Part shown: positions 18,659 to 27,108 of the stretch, in pieces
How positions within the stretch are numbered: position 1 is the stretch's first letter
Layout: every line of letters begins with the position of its first letter
Origin: Vicinamibacterales bacterium
GTDB taxonomy: Bacteria; Acidobacteriota; Vicinamibacteria; Vicinamibacterales; CAVVIG01
Assembly: GCA_050249955.1 (NCBI GenBank)
Contig: JBFWPN010000003.1
Coordinates: forward strand, 503,204 to 567,203
Direction: 5' to 3'
DNA length: 64,000 bases
Translations under genes and position numbers: made by a program
The notes under the pieces: model-generated
The model's input: the letters and a program-made list of their open reading frames with translations, nothing else
The model's database searches: none
What the model was told of the DNA's origin: nothing

Positions 18659-19539
18659 GTCCGTCGCTCGCGCGGGCCTACGCGGCGTGCGCGTCGCTCG
18701 CAGCCGACCATTACGAGAACTTCCCTGTTGCGTCGCGCCTCTTGCCGGCCGCCATGCGGCCGCACGTGGCCGCCGTGTACGCGTTCGCGCGCGTGGCGGA
18801 CGACATCGCAGACGAGGGCGGCGACCCGCCCGGAGTACGGCAGACCCGGCTGCGGGCCTGGCAGCGGCGGCTGCACGAGGCGGCGCGCGGCACGACGGAC
18901 GCGTCCAGCGCCAGCCGCGACGACCTCATCTTCGTGGCGCTGGGCCATTCGATGCGGGAGCTGGACCTGCCGCTGCAGCTGTTCGACGACCTGCTGAGCG
19001 CGTTCGCGCAGGATACCACGACGCATCACTACGACACGTGGGCGGACGTGCTCGACTACTGCCGCCGATCGGCGAATCCCGTGGGCCGTCTCGTGCTGCG
19101 CATCGGCGGATACCGCGATGAGGCGCTCGAGCGTTCGTCGGACGCGCTCTGCACCGCGCTGCAGCTCGCCAACTTCTGGCAGGACTTCGGGCGAGACTGG
19201 CGCGCCGGCCGGCTGTACGTGCCGCGCGACGTGCAGGCGGCCTCCGGGGCCTCGCTGACCGACCTCGAGGCAGGCCAGCTGACGCCGGCGTGGCACGCGG
19301 CGCTCGGCGACTGCGTGGCCCGCACACGTGCCTGCTTCGAGCAGGGGCGGCTCGTGTGCGACGGCGTGCGCGGGCGCCTGCGCCTGGAACTGCGCCTCAC
19401 GTGGCTGGGTGGTGCACGCATCCTGGACCGGGCGGAGGCCGGCCGCGCCAGACTGCTGACCGATCGGCCGTCGCTCGGTCCGCGCGACGTGCCTGCCATC
19501 CTCTGGCGGGCGGCACGCTGGGAACGGGTGGCCGCCTGA
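18652..19539 (+). CDS. hpnC: Hydroxysqualene synthase
   Basis: HYENFPVAS, ADDIADEG, YCRRSANPVGR, LQLANFWQD. Confidence 0.92.
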   Translation: MVSPSLARAYAACASLAADHYENFPVASRLLPAAMRPHVAAVYAFARVADDIADEGGDPPGVRQTRLRAWQRRLHEAARGTTDASSASRDDLIFVALGHSMRELDLPLQLFDDLLSAFAQDTTTHHYDTWADVLDYCRRSANPVGRLVLRIGGYRDEALERSSDALCTALQLANFWQDFGRDWRAGRLYVPRDVQAASGASLTDLEAGQLTPAWHAALGDCVARTRACFEQGRLVCDGVRGRLRLELRLTWLGGARILDRAEAGRARLLTDRPSLGPRDVPAILWRAARWERVAA

Positions 19540-20354
19540 TGGCTGCCCCGAAGACCAGCTTCTACTACTCGTTCCTCGTCCTGCCGGCCGATCAGCGCCG
19601 CGCAATCATCGCAGTCTGGGAGTTCTGCCGCGCCGTGGACGATGCGGTGGATGAGTGCGAGGCTCCGGGCGCCATGCCGCCGCGCGAGGCGGTGGCCTAC
19701 TGGCGTGCGGAGCTGGCGCGCTGCTTCAGCGGCGAACGTCCAGAGACGCTGCAGGGCCGCAAGCTGCAGCCGTTCATCCGGGAGTTCGACCTCCCGCGGC
19801 AGGCATTCGAGGACGTGATCGACGGCGTGGCGATGGACATCGACCACGCGCGCTACGAGACCTTCGACGACCTCATCGAGTACTGCCACCGCGTGGCGTC
19901 GGCCGTGGGGATGATCTGCATCCGGATCTTCCGTTGCCGCGACCCGAAGGCGGTGGACTACGCGCTGGCCCTGGGGGTGGCGCTGCAGCTCACCAACATC
20001 GTGCGCGACGTCCGGGGCGACCTCGAGCGCGGGCGCGTGTACCTGCCGATGGCCGACCTGCGCGCGCATGGCTGCACGGTGGACGACCTCGCCGCCGGCC
20101 GGGTGACCGAGCCGGTGCGGCGGCTGCTGGCATTCGAGTGTGCGCGGGCGCGTGAGTACTACGCACGCGCCGTGGCGGTGCGGCCGGCACAGGACCGTCG
20201 CCGGCTCGTGGCGGCCGAGATCATGCGGGCGGTCTACTCGGCCACGCTGTCGCGCATCGAGCGGCGGGGGTACGACGTCTTCGGGGAACGGGTGCGCACG
20301 CCGAAGCCGGTGCAGGCACTGCTCGCGGTGCGCCAGTGGCTGTTCCCGACGTGA
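19539..20354 (+). CDS. hpnD: Presqualene diphosphate synthase
   Basis: TSFYYSF, CRAVDDAVD, YCHRVASAVG, LQLTNIVRDV; TGATG coupling. Confidence 0.9.
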   Translation: MAAPKTSFYYSFLVLPADQRRAIIAVWEFCRAVDDAVDECEAPGAMPPREAVAYWRAELARCFSGERPETLQGRKLQPFIREFDLPRQAFEDVIDGVAMDIDHARYETFDDLIEYCHRVASAVGMICIRIFRCRDPKAVDYALALGVALQLTNIVRDVRGDLERGRVYLPMADLRAHGCTVDDLAAGRVTEPVRRLLAFECARAREYYARAVAVRPAQDRRRLVAAEIMRAVYSATLSRIERRGYDVFGERVRTPKPVQALLAVRQWLFPT

Positions 20355-21709
20355 CCGGCGTCGACGCCATCGTCGTCGGCGCGGGGTTCGCGGGGCTGAG
20401 CGCGGCGACACGCCTCGCGCGTGGCGGGGCACGCGTGGTCGTGCTGGAGGCGCGCGCCCGGCTGGGCGGACGGGCCACGGCCTTTCCGGATCGCGAGACG
20501 GGCGAGCTGGTGGACAACGGCCAGCACGTCCTGATGGGCTGCTATCACGAGACGTTCGCGTTCCTGCGCGACATCGGTGCAGGCGGGCACGTGCGCCGCG
20601 AGTCCGAACTGGCGGTCACGATGGTGGAGCGCGACGGCCGGGTGTCGCGGCTGCGCTGCCCGACGCTGCCACCGCCCCTGCACCTGGTGGCCGGCGTGTT
20701 CCGCTGGCCGGCGCTTGGCTGGCGCGACCGCCTTGCCGTGCTGCGCATGGCTGCCCCGCTGCGCGCCGCGCAGCGTGAACTGCGGCGCGCGCCGGTCTCC
20801 GGGACGCCGACGCCGGGCACGGAGACCGTCGCCACGTGGCTGGATCGCCACGGGCAGACACCGCGGCTGCGTGAGCTGCTGTGGGACCCGCTCGCGCTCG
20901 CGGCGCTGAACCAGCCGCCGGAGGAGGCCGCGGCCCCGACTTTTGCGCGGGTACTCGCCGAGATGTTCGGGCCCGACCCGGCCGCGGCGGCCATCGTGCT
21001 GCCCACGGTCCCGCTGCACCGGATGTACGCCGAGCCCGCGCGGGTGTACATCGAGCAGCGGGGCGGCCAGGTCATCACGGGGTCGACCGCCCGGATCGAG
21101 GTGCGGGCCGGCGCGGTGGCGCGCGTCACGAGCGGCGAGATCGAGTGGTCCGCCCCCGCGGTCATCTGCGCGGTGCCGTGGTTCGCCCTGGCAACCACGC
21201 TGGAGGGTGCGCTGGACCCGCTGGAACCCGTGCTGGCGGCGGCACGGGGCACGGCACCATCGCCGATCGTGACGGTGAACCTCTGGTTCGACCGGATCGT
21301 GATGTACGAGCCGTTCGTCGGCCTGCCCGGCCGGATGATGCAGTGGGTGTTCGACAAGCGGTCGGTGTTCGGGGAATCGGCGTCGCACCTGTCGCTGGTG
21401 TCCAGCGGAGCGGCCGACGTGCTCGGCTGGAGCAACCCGCAGCTGATCGAGGCGGCGCTCGACGAGGTGCGCGGCGCGCTGCCGCGCGCGCGCGACGCGC
21501 GCCTGGTGCGGGCCACGGTGATCCGCGAGCCGCGCGCCACATTCTCGATTGCACCCGGGCAGCCGGCGCGGCCGACGACCAGCACGGCCGTGCGCGGGCT
21601 GTTCCTGGCCGGCGACTGGATCGAGACCGGACTGCCCGCTACGATCGAGAGCGCCGTCCGGAGCGGCCATCGTGCCGCGGAGGCGGCCCTTCCCACATGC
21701 GTTCGATAG
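20351..21709 (+). CDS. hpnE: Hydroxysqualene dehydroxylase (FAD-dependent)
   Basis: GAGFAG, DNGQHVLMGCY, LAGDW..TGLPATIESAVRSG. Confidence 0.92.
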   Translation: MTGVDAIVVGAGFAGLSAATRLARGGARVVVLEARARLGGRATAFPDRETGELVDNGQHVLMGCYHETFAFLRDIGAGGHVRRESELAVTMVERDGRVSRLRCPTLPPPLHLVAGVFRWPALGWRDRLAVLRMAAPLRAAQRELRRAPVSGTPTPGTETVATWLDRHGQTPRLRELLWDPLALAALNQPPEEAAAPTFARVLAEMFGPDPAAAAIVLPTVPLHRMYAEPARVYIEQRGGQVITGSTARIEVRAGAVARVTSGEIEWSAPAVICAVPWFALATTLEGALDPLEPVLAAARGTAPSPIVTVNLWFDRIVMYEPFVGLPGRMMQWVFDKRSVFGESASHLSLVSSGAADVLGWSNPQLIEAALDEVRGALPRARDARLVRATVIREPRATFSIAPGQPARPTTSTAVRGLFLAGDWIETGLPATIESAVRSGHRAAEAALPTCVR

Positions 21710-22902
21710 TCGTTCACTACAAGGAGCTTGCGCTCAAGGGCCGCAACCGTCCCTGGTTCGTGCAGTTGCTCGTCCGCAACCTGAAACAGGCGCTGCGAGG
21801 CATCCACGTGACCAGCGTACGGTCGGTGATGGGGCGCATCGAGATCGACCTGGGGCCGACCGCGTCGTTCGACGAGGCCAGGGATCGCGTGCGACGCGTC
21901 TTCGGCATCGCGAACTTCTCGCACGCCGGCACCGGACCGCACGACTTCCAGGCGCTCGCCGACGCCATCCTGGCCGACCTGGGCGATCGACAGGCCCGAT
22001 CGTTCAGGGTCAGCGCGCGACGGGCCGACAAGCGGATTCCGTTCACCTCTCCGCAGCTGGAACGTGAGGTGGGCGGGCTCATCAAGGTCGCGACAGGCTG
22101 GCCGGTGAACCTGGATGCCGCCGACCTGACGATCCACCTCGAGTTCCTGCCCGGGCATGCGTTCTACTTCTTCGGCAAGGAGCCGGGCGCAGGCGGGCTG
22201 CCGACCGGCAGCAGCGGCCGGCTGACCTGCCTGCTCTCGGGTGGCATCGACTCGCCGGTGGCCGCCTACCGGATGATGCGGCGCGGCTGCACGGTGTCGT
22301 TCGTGCACTTCCACAGCTACCCGATCCTCTCGCGCGCCTCGCAGGAGAAGGTGCGGGAGATCGTCACGCTGCTCACCACCTACCAGCAGCACTCGCGGCT
22401 GGCGATGGTGGCCTTCGGCGAGCTGCAGCAGCAGGTCGTGCTGGCGGTACCGCCCGAGTTCCGGGTGGTGATCTACCGCCGCCTCATGCTCCGCATCGCC
22501 GAGCGACTCGCAAAGCGGTTCAAGGCACGGGCGCTGGTCACGGGCGACGTGGTGGGCCAGGTCGCGTCGCAGACGCTGGAGAACATGACGACCATCGCGG
22601 AGGTGACGCCGTTGCAGATCCTCCGGCCGCTGGTCGGCATGGACAAGGATGAGATCGCGGATGAAGCGGCGCGCATCGGCACGCTGCCGATCTCGAACAT
22701 CCCGGACCAGGACTGCTGCACGCTCTTCACGCCACGCAACCCGGCCACCCGCGCGCGGCTGTCCGAGGTGCTCGCGGCCGAGCAGGCGCTCCCGATCGAG
22801 GAGATGGTGGCCGGTGCGACAGCCGGTGCCACCATCGAAGACTTCACCTGGCCAGCCCCCCGCGGCACGACCGAGTGCGGCCCCGTAAATTCCGACTTCT
22901 GA
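21697..22902 (+). CDS. thiI: tRNA 4-thiouridine synthase (THUMP + PP-loop, no rhodanese domain)
   Basis: ELALKGRNR, LLSGGIDSPVA, GQVASQTLEN, DCC. Confidence 0.92.
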   Translation: MRSIVVHYKELALKGRNRPWFVQLLVRNLKQALRGIHVTSVRSVMGRIEIDLGPTASFDEARDRVRRVFGIANFSHAGTGPHDFQALADAILADLGDRQARSFRVSARRADKRIPFTSPQLEREVGGLIKVATGWPVNLDAADLTIHLEFLPGHAFYFFGKEPGAGGLPTGSSGRLTCLLSGGIDSPVAAYRMMRRGCTVSFVHFHSYPILSRASQEKVREIVTLLTTYQQHSRLAMVAFGELQQQVVLAVPPEFRVVIYRRLMLRIAERLAKRFKARALVTGDVVGQVASQTLENMTTIAEVTPLQILRPLVGMDKDEIADEAARIGTLPISNIPDQDCCTLFTPRNPATRARLSEVLAAEQALPIEEMVAGATAGATIEDFTWPAPRGTTECGPVNSDF

Positions 22903-22922
22903 CTTCTAAGTTCCAACTTCTG
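22888..22922 (+). repeat. Heptamer tandem repeat (ACTTCTG-like, 5 units)
   Basis: aattccg acttctg acttcta agttcca acttctg. Confidence 0.7.
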
Positions 22923-22979
22923 AACGCTAAGATATTCAGCTGGCCGGAGGAGCTGCGACTCTTAGAGGAAAAGGCGCTT

Positions 22980-24422
22980 ATGTTCGAAACTGTGCAGGAA
23001 ATATCCGGGGCGGTCGCGGCGGCCGCCACCATTGAGGGCGATCGCATCACCATCGGGAACGTCCAGGCGCTTGCGCCGGAGACGATCGACAGGCTCGCGT
23101 GGACGGCCGCCTTCGGGGCGTCGCCGGAGGTGAAGGGCACGGCCCGCTGGGTGATCCGGTCGCTGGCCGCGGCGGCGGGCATCCGCCCCGCCTCCATCCA
23201 CGACCTCTATGTCGCGATGGGCCAGGGCAAGGCCGGTGGGTTCACGGTGCCGGCGATCAACGTGCGCGCGATGGGGTACGACACGGCGCGCGCAGTCATC
23301 CGGGCCGCACGGAAGCTGGATGCCGGCGCGTTCATCTTCGAGATCGCCCGTTCCGAGATCGGCTATACCGAACAGCGACCGCACGAGTACGCGGCCATCC
23401 TGTTCGCGGCGGCCCTGCGTGAGGGGTTCGCCGGACCGCTCTTCATCCAGGGCGACCACGTGCAGACCAACGCGAAGAAGTACAACAGCCCCGAGCGCGA
23501 CAAGGAGCTCGAGACGCTGCGCGGCCTCATCCGCGAGGAGATCGCGGCCGGCTTCTACAACATCGACATCGACACCTCCACGCTCGTCGACCTCGACAAG
23601 CCGACGCTGGCCGAGCAGCAGGAGGTGAACGTCACCCTCGCCGCCGACTTCGCCGCGTTCATCAGGAGCGTCGAACCGGCCGGCGTCACCGTGTCGATCG
23701 GCGGCGAGATCGGCGAGGTGGGCGGCAAGAACTCGGACATCCACGAGCTGCACTGCTACATGGACGGCCTGAACGCGAAGCTGAAGGAGCGCGGCGTCCA
23801 GGTCGGCATCAGCAAGATCAGCGTACAGACCGGCACCGCGCACGGTGGCTTCATCAACGCCGACGGCACGGTGCGCAAGGACGTGGCGATCGACCTCGTG
23901 GCGCTCGAGGAACTCTCGACCGCCGCGCGGACCTACGGCATGGGCGGCGCGGTGCAGCACGGCGCGTCCACGCTGCCGCTCGAGGCGTTCGATGCGTTCC
24001 CGCGCGTGGGCGCCTGCGAGATCCACCTGGCCACCGACTTCCAGAACATGGTCTACGACCACCCGGAGTTCCCGGCTGCACTGAAGGCCGAGATGTACGC
24101 GTGGCTGCAGGAGAACGCGAAGGAAGAACGGAAGCCGAAGGATACCGAGGAGCAGTTCCTCTACAAGGCCCGCAAGAAGGCCATCGGGCCGTTCAAGCCG
24201 CAGCTCTGGGGGATGGACGCGGCGCGGCGCGCGGCGATCGGCGCCTCGCTCGAGGAGCGCTTCACCCGGCTGATGACGCTCCTGAAGATCAACGGCACCG
24301 CGGCCGCGGTGAAGCAGTTCGTCACCGTGCCGCAGGTGCCGCTGAAGCTCGACTCCGAGATCAAGGCCGCCGCCGGCATCATCACCGCCGACGAGCGCAA
24401 GGCCGAAGGGCTGGCCGACTAG
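22980..24422 (+). CDS. Class II fructose-bisphosphate aldolase-family protein (long type)
   Basis: FTVPAIN, QGDH, GGEIGEVG, GTAHGG, VQHGAST; SD gagg. Confidence 0.85.
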   Translation: MFETVQEISGAVAAAATIEGDRITIGNVQALAPETIDRLAWTAAFGASPEVKGTARWVIRSLAAAAGIRPASIHDLYVAMGQGKAGGFTVPAINVRAMGYDTARAVIRAARKLDAGAFIFEIARSEIGYTEQRPHEYAAILFAAALREGFAGPLFIQGDHVQTNAKKYNSPERDKELETLRGLIREEIAAGFYNIDIDTSTLVDLDKPTLAEQQEVNVTLAADFAAFIRSVEPAGVTVSIGGEIGEVGGKNSDIHELHCYMDGLNAKLKERGVQVGISKISVQTGTAHGGFINADGTVRKDVAIDLVALEELSTAARTYGMGGAVQHGASTLPLEAFDAFPRVGACEIHLATDFQNMVYDHPEFPAALKAEMYAWLQENAKEERKPKDTEEQFLYKARKKAIGPFKPQLWGMDAARRAAIGASLEERFTRLMTLLKINGTAAAVKQFVTVPQVPLKLDSEIKAAAGIITADERKAEGLAD

Positions 24423-25379
24423 CTAGTCGGGAATCCCGCCGTCAGCCACCGGACTCGCCGGGAAGACCTCCAGGAAGATCATCCTGATCGGTTTTCCCGG
24501 CGATCCGTAGTCGTAGAAGATGTCGATGGCGTGCCAGCCGCCCTCGGCGAACACCGTCAGCTTGTCCCCCGAAATCGCGCCGGACGGATTCTTCTGGCGT
24601 CCCGCATCGAACCCGTAGTGCCGCAGGTGCCAGATGACGCGCCGGAGCAGTTCCTCGGCGGCATCCTGTGCCTCACCCGAGGTGTTGCGCGGCGCCACCA
24701 GGTGCCTGAACTCATCTGCCGTGGCATTCACGACCTGCTCGGCCATCGGCAGCGTCTTCGGCCCGGGCTGCACGTGGTACGTGCTCTCCGACGGCGGCGG
24801 AGGTGGCGGCGGGGGCGTCCCGGGGTCGGCCGGCGGTGCCGGCTCGCTGGGCGCCGGCGCTGTCGGACGACGCAGGGTCTCCGACCCGCTGACCGGCCCC
24901 AGGCAGGTCGTCCCGCTGTAGGGAATCTCCAGCGTGTTGTTGTCGACGATGTGCGCGGTGCCGCTGATCGAGAAGGCACACGACGGGAAGCCGGGCAGTG
25001 TGCCGGTGCCGCTGACCGTGTACGGCACGTCGCTGCCGTTGATCTGCCCCGACGCCGTCCCGCTGGCAGAGATCCCGTTCGCGCAGGTGGCCGAGAAGGT
25101 GCCGGCGATCGAGGTCGTCGTCTGGCTCGTGACCTGCCAGGAGAGGCCGGTGCACGCCGTGGCCGAGATGTCGGCCAGCGGATTGGACGACCAGGTGCCG
25201 AGCATCGAGGGCGCACCGGACGGCGCTGGCGCGGGGGCCGGGGCCGGGGACGCCGTGGTGGTGCTGGTGGTCGATGCGGGACTCGGAGCGAGGACGTTCG
25301 ACGAGGTCCGCTCGAACCCGGTGCAGGCACTGGCAAGGGCGGCGCCGAGGAGAATCGCTGGAATCGAGACGCGTGTCAT
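24423..25379 (-). CDS. Hypothetical lipoprotein with Pro/Thr-rich linkers
   Basis: Lipobox LASAC, paired Cys beta domain, poly-Pro linker, C-terminal globular domain. Confidence 0.72.
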   Translation of the reverse strand: MTRVSIPAILLGAALASACTGFERTSSNVLAPSPASTTSTTTASPAPAPAPAPSGAPSMLGTWSSNPLADISATACTGLSWQVTSQTTTSIAGTFSATCANGISASGTASGQINGSDVPYTVSGTGTLPGFPSCAFSISGTAHIVDNNTLEIPYSGTTCLGPVSGSETLRRPTAPAPSEPAPPADPGTPPPPPPPPSESTYHVQPGPKTLPMAEQVVNATADEFRHLVAPRNTSGEAQDAAEELLRRVIWHLRHYGFDAGRQKNPSGAISGDKLTVFAEGGWHAIDIFYDYGSPGKPIRMIFLEVFPASPVADGGIPD

Positions 25380-25407
25380 GGCCGTGACCTGGCCCGTCGC
25401 CATTGCC

Positions 25408-25434
25408 GACGCGAGCCGTGTAAAGGTGATTACA
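25408..25434 (-). promoter_or_regulatory. Candidate ECF promoter TGTAAT-N17-CGTC
   Basis: Motif and spacing upstream of ATG 25379; overlaps TGTAA-N6-TTACA palindrome. Confidence 0.4.
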
Positions 25435-25506
25435 GATCCGGACACGCCGATGCCGGTTTCGTGATCGCTCGCAGTGCCAGACCGCGAATTCCCGGAGTCG
25501 GACGTG

Positions 25507-26052
25507 CTACCTGGACAGCGGATGCAGGAGTCCGGCCAGATAGTCCTGCAGGGCGTCGTGCGTACTGCGAAACGCGAGGTCGGTCCAGGGAATGGCGGCC
25601 GCATCCACCATCGCCGACTCGAGGCTCTCGTCGTCGATCTGCAGCTGACCGCCCACGGCCGTGGCGGCATACACGATGATGACCGGCGCACGCCCCGGGT
25701 ACGAGTAGATGTTGACCAGGCCGTCCAGGCGCACGTCGAGGCCGCTCTCCTCCCGCGCCTCCCGGACGGCGGCCACGGTCAGCGGCTCGCCCCGGTCGAC
25801 GTAGCCGCCCGGGAACACCCACTTGCCGTACCCCGGCTCGATGGCGCGGCGCACCAGCACGAGCCGATGGTCCTCGGTGCGGATGATGGTGCCGACGGCA
25901 ATCTTCGGGTCCAGGTAGAAGACGAAGCCGCAGCCGGTGCAGACCAGGCGTGCCGGATCGCCGGCCTTCAGCAGGCGCGAGGCGAGCGGCTGGCCGCAGC
26001 GCGGACAGAAGCGATAGCCGTGCGGGTCGTCGTGGGGATGCTGGACGGTCAC
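25507..26052 (-). CDS. NUDIX hydrolase with N-terminal zinc ribbon
   Basis: FCPRCG..CTGCG, PGGYVDRGE..AVREAREESGL. Confidence 0.9.
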   Translation of the reverse strand: MTVQHPHDDPHGYRFCPRCGQPLASRLLKAGDPARLVCTGCGFVFYLDPKIAVGTIIRTEDHRLVLVRRAIEPGYGKWVFPGGYVDRGEPLTVAAVREAREESGLDVRLDGLVNIYSYPGRAPVIIVYAATAVGGQLQIDDESLESAMVDAAAIPWTDLAFRSTHDALQDYLAGLLHPLSR

Positions 26053-26093
26053 GGATCGGGAGCGGGTGCGCGGCCAAGTATAATTCGGCAGGT

Positions 26094-26630
26094 ATGTCGA
26101 TTCTGAAAGTCGCCCGCATGGGGCACCCGGTGCTGCGCGAGAAGGCCAAGACGCTCGACAAGTCGGTCATCCGGACGCCGATGATGCAGAAGCTCATCGA
26201 CGACATGATGGAGACGATGCAGGAGTACAACGGGGTGGGTCTGGCCGCTCCGCAGGTGCACGAGGGGTTGCGCCTGTTCGTGGCGGCGCTCGACATGGAG
26301 CGGGGCGACGAGCCCAGCCCGCCCATCGCGCTCATCAACCCCGAGATCACGCCGGTCGGGACCGAGATGCGGGAGGACTGGGAGGGGTGCCTGAGCATCC
26401 CGGATATCCGCGGGAAGGTGCCCCGCCACTTCGAGATCCGGGTGAAGGCCCTCGACCGCGACGGTGAGCGCATCGAGCTGCGGGCGCGCGGTTTCTCGGC
26501 GCGTATCATCCAGCACGAGACCGATCACCTCGACGGCATCCTCTTCTTCGACCGGATGCGCAGCTTCGACACGCTCACCTACCTCGACGAGTACTCCCGA
26601 TACTGGACCAAGAACGAAGACGAGGAGTGA
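26094..26630 (+). CDS. def: Peptide deformylase
   Basis: GVGLAAPQ, EGCLS, QHETDHLDG; TATAAT 9 nt upstream. Confidence 0.95.
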   Translation: MSILKVARMGHPVLREKAKTLDKSVIRTPMMQKLIDDMMETMQEYNGVGLAAPQVHEGLRLFVAALDMERGDEPSPPIALINPEITPVGTEMREDWEGCLSIPDIRGKVPRHFEIRVKALDRDGERIELRARGFSARIIQHETDHLDGILFFDRMRSFDTLTYLDEYSRYWTKNEDEE

Positions 26631-26730
26631 GCCCCGCCCGCCTGGCGTATACTCGATCACTCCTGCTTGTTTGAGCGATCGGTCATCCCGACCAGAACCC
26701 TCACCTAAGCGTCACCCCGTGAGGTCTGTC

Positions 26731-26964
26731 ATGGTCCAGCGTCCCACAGGTATCGGCCGTCTCGAGTTCGCGGTGCTGTCGTCGCTCCGTGCGGCCCAGC
26801 TGGTCCGCGGGTGCATCCCGCTGGTCGAACCCGGCAATCACAAGAAGACCACCACTGCACTCATGGAAGTGGCGGCGCGCAAGATCCTGCGGAGCGCCGA
26901 CACGGTCGACGTGCCGGTCGTCGACAGCCCCACAGACGGCACCAGTGACATCGCGGTGGCCTGA
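26731..26964 (+). CDS. RNA polymerase omega subunit-like protein
   Basis: GRLEFAVLSSLRAAQLVRG..P.V...KKTTTALMEVAARKI resembles the RpoZ consensus; SD GAGGT; TATACT at 26648-26653. Confidence 0.65.
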   Translation: MVQRPTGIGRLEFAVLSSLRAAQLVRGCIPLVEPGNHKKTTTALMEVAARKILRSADTVDVPVVDSPTDGTSDIAVA

Positions 26965-27108
26965 GCCGCCGACAGACGCCTGACGCGAGCGATCTGGAAC
27001 GACTGGCCCGCGCCCCATGGGATGGCGTGCCGGTGGAGCGTCGGGTCCACCAGCTGACCTCGAGATCGCCCTTCGCGCGGTCGACCCCGTCCCGGTGCCC
27101 GGCGCGGC

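Noticed and set aside
20881-22902. Apparent 673-aa N-terminally extended ThiI
   Set aside because: The extension overlaps hpnE in another frame; ThiI homology begins at ATG 21697.
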